A stretch of 64,000 bases of DNA from an uncultured Gammaproteobacteria bacterium (GTDB taxonomy: Bacteria; Pseudomonadota; Gammaproteobacteria; JACCXJ01), in contig CAVXTM010000012.1 of NCBI GenBank assembly GCA_963764725.1, forward strand, positions 256,001 to 320,000, read 5' to 3'. This document shows, one piece after another, positions 1-9,105 of this stretch (positions are counted from its first letter, which is position 1; the number at the start of each line of letters is the position of its first letter). Under the pieces are notes generated by a model. That model had not been told where the DNA came from. It saw only the letters and a list, made by a program, of their open reading frames with translations, and searched no databases. The position numbers and the translations under genes were made by a program.

Positions 1-223
1 TGCGGTGGCGGAAAGCTTCTTCTCGAACCTAAAGAATGAATTGATCCACCACTGCGACTTCAAGACACGGGATGAACCGAGAGCGGCAATCTTCGATTAC
101 ATCGAATTGTTCTACAACCGCAAACGCATTCACCAGTCGCTCGGCTATCGCACCCCGAGCAAGTTGAGAGAGAATGGATGCGGGGTGCTTAACTAAACTG
201 TGCGCGAATCCCGGGATAGGTCA
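1..223 (+). mobile_element. 3' end of an IS3-family insertion sequence (integrase-core C-terminus 5..196 and right inverted repeat)
   Basis: ORF reads AESFFSNLKNE...YIELFYNRKRIHQSLGYRTP, the typical IS3 OrfB tail. It is followed by ctgtgcgcgaatcccgggataggtca, which ends in CA at 222-223 like an IS3 IRR. The element runs off the window start. Confidence 0.85.
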
Positions 224-574
224 GCGCTCATAATGCAACGCGAGTCAAACGGTTTTTTCATTCCTTTTCCACAGGCGCAACGCCCAACTTCGGCCTCCGC
301 AGCACTTGCCGCCGCGCGTCTCGAAAAACTCGATGCGGTCGACGCGGCGCTGGAGCCGGAGCTCTTCGGCGAACGTGCCCTGGTGCTCACCGATGCAGAG
401 GTGAAAGTGCCGTGACCCAGGTCTACCGTGAGGTAACCGTCGAGCAGGGAGACCTTCCGGTCAAGACCAAAAGCAGGCCCTTATCCATGGTGGCCTCGGC
501 GATACGAGCGTCGATGACCCCCTCTTGCGCCGCATGCGTTCCCGGTGGCGGTTCTCGCGTGTGGCGTCCACCGC

Positions 575-1165
575 TCAGCCCGCCCTCTGGTGGCGTGTAC
601 GAATGAAGTTGCTGCCGGCCAATGTAAATACGAAATGCGCTACGATGGCGATCCCCATCCACAAGGCCAGGCTCTCCAGAGAGGGCGGAAAATACTTCGC
701 CAGCCGCAAGCCGAGCTCGGCGAGGCTCGTTTCCGCAAACCGTCCGGAGAAGAAATAGAAACCGCCGCTCGAGATGATCTCGCACACCGCCGCGCCAATG
801 ACCACGCTGCCCGCCAACGGGATCAACGTGGAAAGTGCGAAACGGTGGCGGCCCGCGTACCAACGGCCGGCGAGCCAGAGCGCGCCGTAGGCAGGCAGCA
901 AAAGGCCGTAGGCGGGACTCACGCAGAAATCGCTGACGCCGAACCCGGCGATGGCGACATAATCAGTCACACCGGCTAAGGTGATCAGCACCGGAAACAT
1001 CCATACCGGACGCAGATAAAATCCGACGAGGAAGAACACCGCCCACGAGGCGTCGGGCAGGTGGAGCGCCGTGGCGAAATGATGACTACGGGTGGCGACC
1101 ATGCAGAGAGCCAGGGCGAGGGCGATGAAAGCGGTGTGGAGGTCGGTCTTTTCGCTCATGAGCAT
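575..1165 (-). CDS. btuM: BtuM-type cobalamin membrane transporter (solitary S-component fold)
   Basis: Hydrophobic 196-aa protein with ATRSHHFA..LPDASWAVFFL.G and FCVSPAY motifs; lies downstream of a B12-riboswitch-controlled TonB receptor. Confidence 0.8.
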   Translation of the reverse strand: MLMSEKTDLHTAFIALALALCMVATRSHHFATALHLPDASWAVFFLVGFYLRPVWMFPVLITLAGVTDYVAIAGFGVSDFCVSPAYGLLLPAYGALWLAGRWYAGRHRFALSTLIPLAGSVVIGAAVCEIISSGGFYFFSGRFAETSLAELGLRLAKYFPPSLESLALWMGIAIVAHFVFTLAGSNFIRTRHQRAG

Positions 1166-1335
1166 TTCCTCATGCGATGGAGTTTATCATCCCCGTTGTT
1201 GGCATCATAGTGTATCCAGAAAGCGGTCAAGTCTCCCATCTCCCACTTTCTCTTCCATCATCGCTTTTATGACAGATCCCGAAGCGGAAGCGTCATCACG
1301 GCGCCACTCGCAGGCGTCGAACCCGATTCTCATGC

Positions 1336-3304
1336 TCAGAGCTCGGCACGAAAGCCGATTAGAAAGTTCGCCCCCGCGGTTGAGAAGCCGAACACCTCCT
1401 CGTAGTCGTCGTCGAAGACGTTCTGCCCCTTGGCCGTAATCGAAAGCGATTCCATGCCGAACTGCTTCTCGATCAAACGGTAGGCGACCGCGATGTCGGC
1501 CTTGGCGAAACCGTCCAGATTGACGCGGCGACCGCCTGGATCGGCGTTGAAATCGAGGTCGATCGAGTCCCCCTTGACGGTGAGGTTGAAGCTGGCGGTC
1601 CAGCGCTCCGCGGTGTAGTCCACGGTGAAGGCCCCGGAATGCCGGGGGCGGCGCAGGAGCGGCTCGCCCTCGACGAAAAGGGTACCCCCCAATGGACCGG
1701 CATCGAGCACCTCGGTATCGAGGTAGGTATAGCTGCCGCCGAAGCCGATGCCGATCGGTGTCTCGATCCGCAATCCGACCTCGACGCCCTGGCTCTCCGC
1801 CTCTTGGATGTTGAAAAAGGCGATCGCGTTGGGATCGATCTGCGGGATGAAGCTGATGAGGTCCTCGAAATCCGAGGAGAAGTACGTCGCGGACACCTCG
1901 GCCCGGTAATCGCCGAAGGCCAGCGGCTGGTCGAAGCCGACCTCCCAGCTCTCCGATTGCTCGGGCCCGAGATCTTCGTCACCCCTCCCGATCTCCGTTC
2001 TACCGAAGTTCTCAAAGAAGGTCGGGTTCTTTATGCCGGTCCCGTAGCTCGTGCGGAGCTTAGTCTCGGTCCCCGGGAGGCGGTACGAAAGCCCGACGCG
2101 CGGGTTCACCTCGGTACCGTAGGTCGAGGCCTGGTCGAGCCGGAAGCCGGCGATCAAGGTCACCCGCTCTTGCCAATCGAGGATCACCTGCGAATAGAAG
2201 GCCCCGGCGTCGCGGGTCTCGTCAGCGCGGTCCGAGGACGTGAAACCCGGAAACTCGAAGCGGGAGTCCTGCTCGAACGACTCCGACTCGCCATAGCCCC
2301 CGAGCGTCACGGTGGGCGTGATGCCGGCCAGGGACGGCAGGAAGAAGCTCGAGTTGTAGTCGGCCGACAGGCGCTCCTGGGTCGTGTCGGTTTGGGAGGA
2401 TCCGAAATCGACGCCGGCATCCAAGGGGTCGTCGAAAGCGAAATCCTCATGGTAGTACCCGAGCTGGAGCGCGTGGCGCCACCAGGGAAAGGGATCCCAC
2501 ACCGCGCGCGGCCCGACGACCAGCCGCTCCCGTTCCGAGAACTGGTTCGGGTCGAGCGGCGGAAAGCGATCGCCCGCGAACTCGCTCGGTGTCTCGAAGC
2601 GCGAGTCGATGTAGCGAACCGTGGTCGTGAGGTCCAGCGTCTCGATCGGGCTCACGTCGAATCGCGAGGCGACGGTCGTGTTCCCGTAGCGGTTGTTGAT
2701 ATCGAGGATACCGTCGGTATCGATGCGACCGACATCGATAGCGTAACCGTAGCGCTCGGTGCCGCCCGAGATCCCGCCATGCTCCTCGAAGGTCTCGAAG
2801 CTGCCGCCGGCGAACCCCAGGCGCGCGGCGAGCGGCCCGTCCCCGCGGCGGGTGAAGAGCTGCACCACGGAGGTGACCGCGTCCGATCCGTAGAGCGCGC
2901 TCTGCGGTCCGCGCACCATCTCGATGCGGTCCAGCCCATCGGTCGTGAGGTCCGAGAAGTCGAAGGCGCCGCCGGCGCTCGTTCACTTTGACGCCGTCGA
3001 TCAAGACTTGATTGAAGTCCGACTCGCCGCCTCGAACGAAGAGCGAGGTCGCGCTCCCGCGGCTCCCGGTCTGTACGATGGTGACGCCCGGGATGTCGCG
3101 CAGGGCCTCGAGCGTGTCCGTGATCTGCCCGCGCTCGATGTCCTCGCTTTCCACCACGGACACCGAAGCGGGGATCTGATCGAACGGCGTCTCGAGCCGC
3201 GTGGCGGTGACGATGATCGGGTCTAGCTCCGTGGGTTGGTCCGACGCGTAAAGGGGACCACAACAAAGCGGCAGAATGACTGCCGCAACTCGGTGTAATA
3301 CCAT
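1336..3304 (-). pseudogene. btuB: TonB-dependent cobalamin receptor (BtuB-like), split by a 1-nt frameshift near 2980
   Basis: Signal peptide, TonB box region and plug (DPIIVTATR...RGGESD...VLIDGVKVN) are in one frame. AGGAFDFSDLTTDGLDRIEMVRGPQSALYGSDA and the beta-barrel continue in another (ORF 1336..2919). Could be a sequencing error. Confidence 0.8.
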
Positions 3305-3435
3305 CGTTTTCTCCTCCGCGCACACCCGCGCAATAACGCTACATAGCGCAAGGCCCGCGGAGAAAGGCGGCAGGGCGGGAAAAGCGATAACGGCCCGGGC
3401 GCCGCGGCATCACCCTCCGCAATGCCATTGCAACA

Positions 3436-3646
3436 CCTTCAGGCCGGTCTCCGGGCTCGCAAGCGGGTTCAAAAACCCCGGGAGCAGCGCCTTCCCATGC
3501 TTGATGCACAGTGACGTGATGCTGATTCCCTTACTTGCTTACCGTTGCGGGGGCAGCGCCGGGATTGCGCTCGGGCCGAAACTCGAGCGCGCACCGGCTT
3601 CCCGTTTCATCCCCTCGATCGAACGTTCTCAGGGACACCTGAAGCG
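3436..3646 (-). promoter_or_regulatory. Cobalamin riboswitch upstream of btuB-btuM
   Basis: Minus strand contains aggtg...aaacgggaagccggtg...aatcccggcgctgcccccgcaacggtaa...cactg...tgggaagg...agcccggagaccggcctgaag (B12 box). Confidence 0.93.
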
Positions 3647-3671
3647 TGCACAATATCGTCTAGGGATTGAG

Positions 3672-3684
3672 CTATTGTCAATAG
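3672..3684. promoter_or_regulatory. Palindrome CTATTG-T-CAATAG containing a minus-strand TTGACA (-35 candidate for the btuB leader)
   Basis: Perfect 6-1-6 inverted repeat about 30 nt upstream of the riboswitch 5' end; matching -10 is weak. Confidence 0.35.
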
Positions 3685-4014
3685 TGCATCTCCTCTGGTA
3701 AAGGCCCTTGTGGCCCTTTCCACAGTGTGAACGATGCCACTACGAAGCGAGAACCAGAAGAGGCTCCGTGATGCGGTTTAGTTCAACAGGCGTTTATACG
3801 ATACTGAATCCGTCGTAGCCGTTTGCTGCGTTAAGCGGTAGAGAGGAGTCCGCGTGACTTGAGCTGCTCCAGCGAGCAAAGTCGCGTTTCGTTCATGTCG
3901 ATCACAATGGCTGCCATGCCCACGTTCGGACTCATACCCATATTGGAAGACACTAAGGTTTTACACAAGCGCAGTAAAACGGTTACACTTTTTAATCTTG
4001 GATTTTCATCCATG

Positions 4015-4180
4015 GGATAAGGTTTTCGCGTAACGCGAAGTAACAGGGAATCGTGTGCAAATCACGAGCTGTCGCGCAACTGTAAGTAACGCATAAGCTT
4101 TTGCCGGAGATGCCCACTGTTCCAACAACGGAATGGGAAGGGCGGCAAAAGAGTTACAAGCCAGGAGACCTACCTTATCC
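4015..4180 (+). promoter_or_regulatory. Cobalamin riboswitch upstream of metE
   Basis: P1 GGATAAGGT/ACCTTATCC; acagggaatcgtgtgcaaatcacgagctgtcgcgcaactgtaa...ccactg...tgggaagg...agccaggagacctacc. Confidence 0.93.
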
Positions 4181-4323
4181 GCAACGGCGATGCTTCCGCG
4201 GTCCGAGGCTCAGTCAGGTGGAACCCCATTGTGCCCGTACGGGCGAGGTGTGTCTGCCTTCCTCTTTCCGCGGTGACATCGCGAAGTTATCGGTAGCGTT
4301 AACCTAGGAAAGGAAAGGTGCAC

Positions 4324-6630
4324 ATGCTCACACATAACCTCGGCTATCCGCGTATTGGCAGCCATAGAGAACTCAAGAAAGCCTGCGAGAGTTACTGGTC
4401 TTCCCAGATCGGCCTCAAAGAGCTCCTAGACGCTGGCCGGGCCATCCGCCGGCACAACTGGCAGCGCCAGCATGAGGCTGGCATCGATCTGATCCCCTGC
4501 AACGATTTCTCGTTTTACGACCATGTGCTGGATCTCTCGCTCATGGTCGGCGCGATCCCCGCGCGCTACCGGCCGCTGCTCGATAAGCCTGATAGTTCTG
4601 AGTTGGATTTGTACTTTGCCATGGCGCGGGGCTATCAGAAAGGCGGTCTCGATCTCATTGCCATGGAGATGACCAAGTGGTTCGACACCAATTACCATTA
4701 CCTGGTCCCCGAGTTCACGAAGGATCAGACCTTTAGCTTGACCTCACGGAAGGTTCTGGATGAGTTTCAGGAGGCAAGAGCGCTCGGCATCAACGCCAAG
4801 CCCGTCATGGTCGGGCCGGTGAGTTACTTGCTCCTGGGTAAGGAGAAAGTACCGGGCTTTAATCGGCTCGACCTGCTCGACCGGCTTATGCCGGTTTACT
4901 TGCAGGTCCTGGGCGAACTTCAAGGTCTCGGCGCACAATATGTCCAAATCGACGAACCCTTCCTCGCGCTGGACTTGCAGGACGAAACGAAGCGCGCCTA
5001 TGAATCGGCCTATGCCGCAATCACCCGGGCCTGTCCCGAACTCAAGTTCATCCTCGCGACTTACTTTGCCGGACTAGAGGACAACGCGGAGTTAGCTGCG
5101 AGTCTTCCCGTAACTTATTTGCACTTGGATCTCGTCCGCGCGCCCGCGCAACTGGGCCAGGTGCTGTCCCTGATCCCGCCTCAGCTTGGCCTCTCGCTGG
5201 GGGTCGTGGACGGCCGCAACGTGTGGAAGAATGATCTCGAGCGCTCCTTGGAGTTGGTCAGCAAGGCCGTAGAGAAACTGGGGAGTGAGCGCGTGGCGTT
5301 GGCGCCTTCCTGCTCACTGCTGCACGCGCCTTGTGACCTGGTGCTTGAACACGACGAGGCAGCGTTGCCTAGCGAGATCAAGGGCTGGCTGGCTTTTGCC
5401 CGGCAAAAGCTTGATGAGATCGTCACGCTGAGGGGACTGGCGCAGCCCGAAACTCACCGACAATATGCCGACAAGCTCAAGGAAAATATGCTCGACATGG
5501 AGAGCCGTCGCCAGTCGGCTTTGATCCACCGACCGGCGGTGCAACAGCGCTTTGCCGCCGTCTGTCCCGACGACCTCAAACGCCAAAGCCCCTTTGGCGT
5601 GCGTCAGGAAAAGCAATGCGCGGACCTCAATCTGCCTTTATTTCCCACGACCACCATCGGGTCTTTCCCGCAAACCGATGAAGTGAGAAGGCTCCGGCTT
5701 CGTCTCAAAAAAACCGAACTCACGCCGGAACAGTACGAGGCGGTGATCCGTACGGAAACCGAAAAGGCCATCCGCTGGCAGGAAGACGTGGGTCTGGATG
5801 TGCTGGTGCACGGTGAGTTCGAACGCAACGACATGGTGGAATACTTCGGTGAACTCTTGGATGGCTTCGCGTTCACCAGTAACGGATGGGTGCAGAGCTA
5901 CGGCTCGCGCTGCGTCAAACCGCCCATCATCTACGGTGATGTGGAACGCCAAGCGCCGATGACGGTGAAATGGTCGAAATACGCGCAGTCGTTGACCGCG
6001 AAACCCATCAAAGGAATGCTCACGGGGCCGGTCACGATCCTGCAGTGGTCATTTGTGCGCGATGATCAGCCGCGTTCCAGCACGGCGAAACAAATCGCCT
6101 TGGCGATCCGCGATGAAGTGTGCGATCTCGAAAAAGCCGGGATCCGTATCATCCAGATCGATGAACCGGCCATCCGTGAGGGACTGCCTCTGCGTCAGGC
6201 CGATTGGAAAGACTATCTCAATTGGGCGGTCGAAGCGTTTCGACTGGCCTCCTCCCGAGTGGTCGACGAGACTCAAATCCATACCCATATGTGCTACTCG
6301 GAGTTCAACGACATCATTGAGTCCGTCGCCGAGATGGATGCCGACGTCATCACCATCGAAACGTCCAGGTCGCAGATGGAGTTGCTCGACGCCTTCGTAA
6401 GCTTCCGTTATCCCAATGAGATCGGCCCAGGCGTATACGACATCCACTCGCCCCGCGTTCCGACCGAGCAGGAGATGACTGCCCTCCTGCATAAAGCGCT
6501 GGCTGTACTGCCAGCCCGCAACCTCTGGGTCAACCCCGACTGCGGCTTGAAAACCCGCAAGTGGCCCGAGACCAGGGCAGCGCTCATCAATATGGTTGCC
6601 GCTGCAAAAGCGTTGCGACAGCAAGTATAG
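4324..6630 (+). CDS. metE: Cobalamin-independent methionine synthase
   Basis: LGYPRIG..RELKKA, KWFDTNYHY, TTTIGSFPQT, HGEFERNDMVEYF, HTHMCYSEF, WVNPDCGLKTR. Start is GTG 4318 or ATG 4324. Confidence 0.97.
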   Translation: MLTHNLGYPRIGSHRELKKACESYWSSQIGLKELLDAGRAIRRHNWQRQHEAGIDLIPCNDFSFYDHVLDLSLMVGAIPARYRPLLDKPDSSELDLYFAMARGYQKGGLDLIAMEMTKWFDTNYHYLVPEFTKDQTFSLTSRKVLDEFQEARALGINAKPVMVGPVSYLLLGKEKVPGFNRLDLLDRLMPVYLQVLGELQGLGAQYVQIDEPFLALDLQDETKRAYESAYAAITRACPELKFILATYFAGLEDNAELAASLPVTYLHLDLVRAPAQLGQVLSLIPPQLGLSLGVVDGRNVWKNDLERSLELVSKAVEKLGSERVALAPSCSLLHAPCDLVLEHDEAALPSEIKGWLAFARQKLDEIVTLRGLAQPETHRQYADKLKENMLDMESRRQSALIHRPAVQQRFAAVCPDDLKRQSPFGVRQEKQCADLNLPLFPTTTIGSFPQTDEVRRLRLRLKKTELTPEQYEAVIRTETEKAIRWQEDVGLDVLVHGEFERNDMVEYFGELLDGFAFTSNGWVQSYGSRCVKPPIIYGDVERQAPMTVKWSKYAQSLTAKPIKGMLTGPVTILQWSFVRDDQPRSSTAKQIALAIRDEVCDLEKAGIRIIQIDEPAIREGLPLRQADWKDYLNWAVEAFRLASSRVVDETQIHTHMCYSEFNDIIESVAEMDADVITIETSRSQMELLDAFVSFRYPNEIGPGVYDIHSPRVPTEQEMTALLHKALAVLPARNLWVNPDCGLKTRKWPETRAALINMVAAAKALRQQV

Positions 6631-6639
6631 AGGGGACCA

Positions 6640-7641
6640 TCATCGTGCAGCGAGCGCCGAGCGCGCCATCTCAAAGGCGGCATCAAGGGCCGCCAGCAGG
6701 CTGCTCGGGTCGGCCTGGCCGGTCCCGGCGAGCATGAGCGCCGTGCCGTGATCGACCGATGTTCGAATGATGGGCAAGCCGAGCGTTACGTTCACGGCGC
6801 GGCCGAAGCCTTGGTGCTTCAGGACCGGGAGCCCTTGGTCATGGTACATCGCAAGCACCGCGTCGGCGCGATTCACCGGTTCGGCGACGAAAGCGGTATC
6901 TGCGGGCAAGGGGCCCTCGACGCGGAGGCCCTCCGCACGCACGGTCTCGATCGCCGGAATGATATGATCGATCTCCTCCGTGCCGAGGTATCCGCCCTCC
7001 CCCGCATGGGGGTTTAGGCCGCAAACGGCGATCCGGGGCTGGCTCACGCCGAAACGGGCGCGGAGATCGCGAGCCAGGATCCGTAAGACGCGTACGATGC
7101 GATCCTCGGTGATGAGATCGCTGACAGCGCGAAGCGGCACGTGGGTGGTGGCGAGGGCGACGCGCAGCTCCGGCGTACACAACATCATCACCGGAAAATG
7201 GCCGCCGGTCACCGCGGCCAAATACTCCGTATGACCGGTGAAGGGGATCCCGGCATCGTTGAGGATCCCCTTGTGCACGGGCGCCGTCACCATGGCGTCG
7301 AAAGTCCCGTCCATGCACCCGCGGCAAGCCTGCGCGAGGGTCTCGACCACAGAGGGGGCGTTGCACTTATCCAATTGGCCGCTGACCGCCGGGCGGGCGA
7401 GCCGTACCGGGATAAGCTTGATCACGCCGCGCCGTGCGAGCGTGCGATCTTCGGGCGAGAACGGCTCGATATGCAACCGGAGGTTGAGCTGCGCGGCGCG
7501 TGCAGTCAGCAATTCCGGATCGGCGATGACGGTGATCGCCCCCGGATGCTCGCGTTGGGCGATGCGGACAATTAAATCCGGTCCGATCCCAGCGGGCTCG
7601 CCGGCGGTGATGACAATCCGGGGGCAAGGACGCGCGATCAT
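6640..7641 (-). CDS. pdxA: 4-hydroxythreonine-4-phosphate dehydrogenase
   Basis: [43 protein letters not shown]; follows surA. Confidence 0.96.
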   Translation of the reverse strand: MIARPCPRIVITAGEPAGIGPDLIVRIAQREHPGAITVIADPELLTARAAQLNLRLHIEPFSPEDRTLARRGVIKLIPVRLARPAVSGQLDKCNAPSVVETLAQACRGCMDGTFDAMVTAPVHKGILNDAGIPFTGHTEYLAAVTGGHFPVMMLCTPELRVALATTHVPLRAVSDLITEDRIVRVLRILARDLRARFGVSQPRIAVCGLNPHAGEGGYLGTEEIDHIIPAIETVRAEGLRVEGPLPADTAFVAEPVNRADAVLAMYHDQGLPVLKHQGFGRAVNVTLGLPIIRTSVDHGTALMLAGTGQADPSSLLAALDAAFEMARSALAAR

Positions 7642-7671
7642 TACAGCTAAATCGCCGTACTATCGATCGCT

Positions 7672-7736
7672 CAAGGCTTGTGAAGAAATCGTCGCGAGCA
7701 AGCCCTGGTCGCGAGACGCGCAGTAGATTTCAGCTC
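7672..7736 (+). repeat. Internally deleted, degenerate copy of the dispersed MITE-like repeat
   Basis: Shares gtcgcgagcaagcc, gtcgcgagac and gcgcagtag blocks with the copies at 14688, 49566 and 58581. Confidence 0.5.
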
Positions 7737-9065
7737 TCACTCGCGGAAACGATACTCGACATACGCCTCGTCACGCAGGCGGCGTAACCAGGCTTGGCCG
7801 GTTTCTTCGATCTTCCGCCGCCGGATCGCATCGCGGGCCTTACCTCGCAGCGCCTCGCGCGTATTGTCGTGGTCGCGGCGTTTCAAGACCTGAACGATGT
7901 GCCACCCGAGCTCGGTCTCGAAGGGATCGCTGATCTCGTTCAAACTTAGCAGGCCCATGACTTCGTCGAACTTCGGCGCCAGATCGCCCGGACTGACCCA
8001 CCCCAAGTCGCCGCCCTTGGCCGCCGTCGCTTTGTCTTCCGAATGCGATCGGGCTAGATCATCGAAATCGTCTCCGGCTTCGATCCGTTTCTTTAGCATA
8101 TGGAGGCGTTCCCGCACATCGTCGCTCGACATCAGCTCGCTAGGTTTGATCAGTATGTGCCGGGCGCGCGTTTGTTTGACGGTGAGATCTTCCCCGGCGC
8201 TCCGGACCCCCAGGAGCTTGATGATATGGTAGCCGCTGGGGCTGCCGATCACGTCGCTGACTTCGCCCTCGCGCAGCGAGGTGACGGCTTCCGAAAACGC
8301 CGTAGGCACTTCCCTGGCTTTGCGCCAACCGAGGTCGCCGCTATCGAAGGCCTGCGGGTCGCCGGAATTCTCCGCTGCCATGCGCAGGAAATCTTCGCCC
8401 GCGCGCACGCGCCGCAGGAGCTTCTCCGCCTGTTTGCGTGCCTTCTCCGCGTCCTCCGCGGACGCAGCCTTCGGTGTGGCAACCAAAATATGCGCGAGAC
8501 GATATTCCATCTCGATCGTATCTTGTTGCACTTGTGTAGCGAGATAGTTGTCTATTTCGCGGTCCGAGACATTTACCAGGTTCGACACCTCGCGCTGGCG
8601 CAAGCGGCTGATGATGATCTCATCTCGGACGTCCTCCCGAAATTGCGCAAAGTCATAACCGCCGTGCTCCACCGCTTCGCGAAAGCGCGCCAGCGGCATG
8701 CCGTTTTCCGAAGCGATATTGCTCACGGCACGGTTCAGGGTATCGTCGTCCACCTTTAAGCCGGTTTGCGCGGCAAGCTGCAACTGAATCTTCATGACGA
8801 TGAGACGCTCCAGCACCTGACGGCGCAGGGCGGCGTCGGGCGGCGGATCGCCGCGTTGTTGTTGCAATTCTGCTTTCACGCGTTCGAACATACGGTTGAT
8901 CTCGCTCGCCATGACAACGTCGTCATTGACCACGGCGATGATCGCATCGAGCGGTTCGGCGGTGGCTGCCGCGCAACTGCTGCAAGCCAGGAGAAGGGCG
9001 GCGAAGCAGCCCTGTCTTAAGCGTTGCAGGAGCGGGTTTAAGTTTTCGCTCGTGGTATTGTACAT
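7737..9065 (-). CDS. surA: Periplasmic chaperone / PPIase SurA
   Basis: IIAVVNDDVV N-domain, two parvulin domains (LAHILV, RARHILIK, GGDLGW), RRLRDEAYVE tail; lptD-surA-pdxA synteny. Confidence 0.95.
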   Translation of the reverse strand: MYNTTSENLNPLLQRLRQGCFAALLLACSSCAAATAEPLDAIIAVVNDDVVMASEINRMFERVKAELQQQRGDPPPDAALRRQVLERLIVMKIQLQLAAQTGLKVDDDTLNRAVSNIASENGMPLARFREAVEHGGYDFAQFREDVRDEIIISRLRQREVSNLVNVSDREIDNYLATQVQQDTIEMEYRLAHILVATPKAASAEDAEKARKQAEKLLRRVRAGEDFLRMAAENSGDPQAFDSGDLGWRKAREVPTAFSEAVTSLREGEVSDVIGSPSGYHIIKLLGVRSAGEDLTVKQTRARHILIKPSELMSSDDVRERLHMLKKRIEAGDDFDDLARSHSEDKATAAKGGDLGWVSPGDLAPKFDEVMGLLSLNEISDPFETELGWHIVQVLKRRDHDNTREALRGKARDAIRRRKIEETGQAWLRRLRDEAYVEYRFRE

Positions 9066-9105
9066 GGGTGTCTATAATACTATTCAATAACCCCGGCGCG
9101 CGGCG

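Noticed and set aside
200-606. Short overlapping ORFs 200..415 and 412..606 after the IS3 end
   Set aside because: A GTGA overlap hints at gene remnants, but I recognise no family and the second runs into btuM.
1639-2991. 450-aa plus-strand ORF (and similar long antisense ORFs over mpl, nadA, aspS, the kinase and phaC)
   Set aside because: Shadow frames of well-supported opposite-strand genes in GC-rich DNA; no motifs.
4180-4310. Possible second (SAM-type) riboswitch in tandem before metE
   Set aside because: No SAM-I/II consensus recognised; likely just the expression platform.
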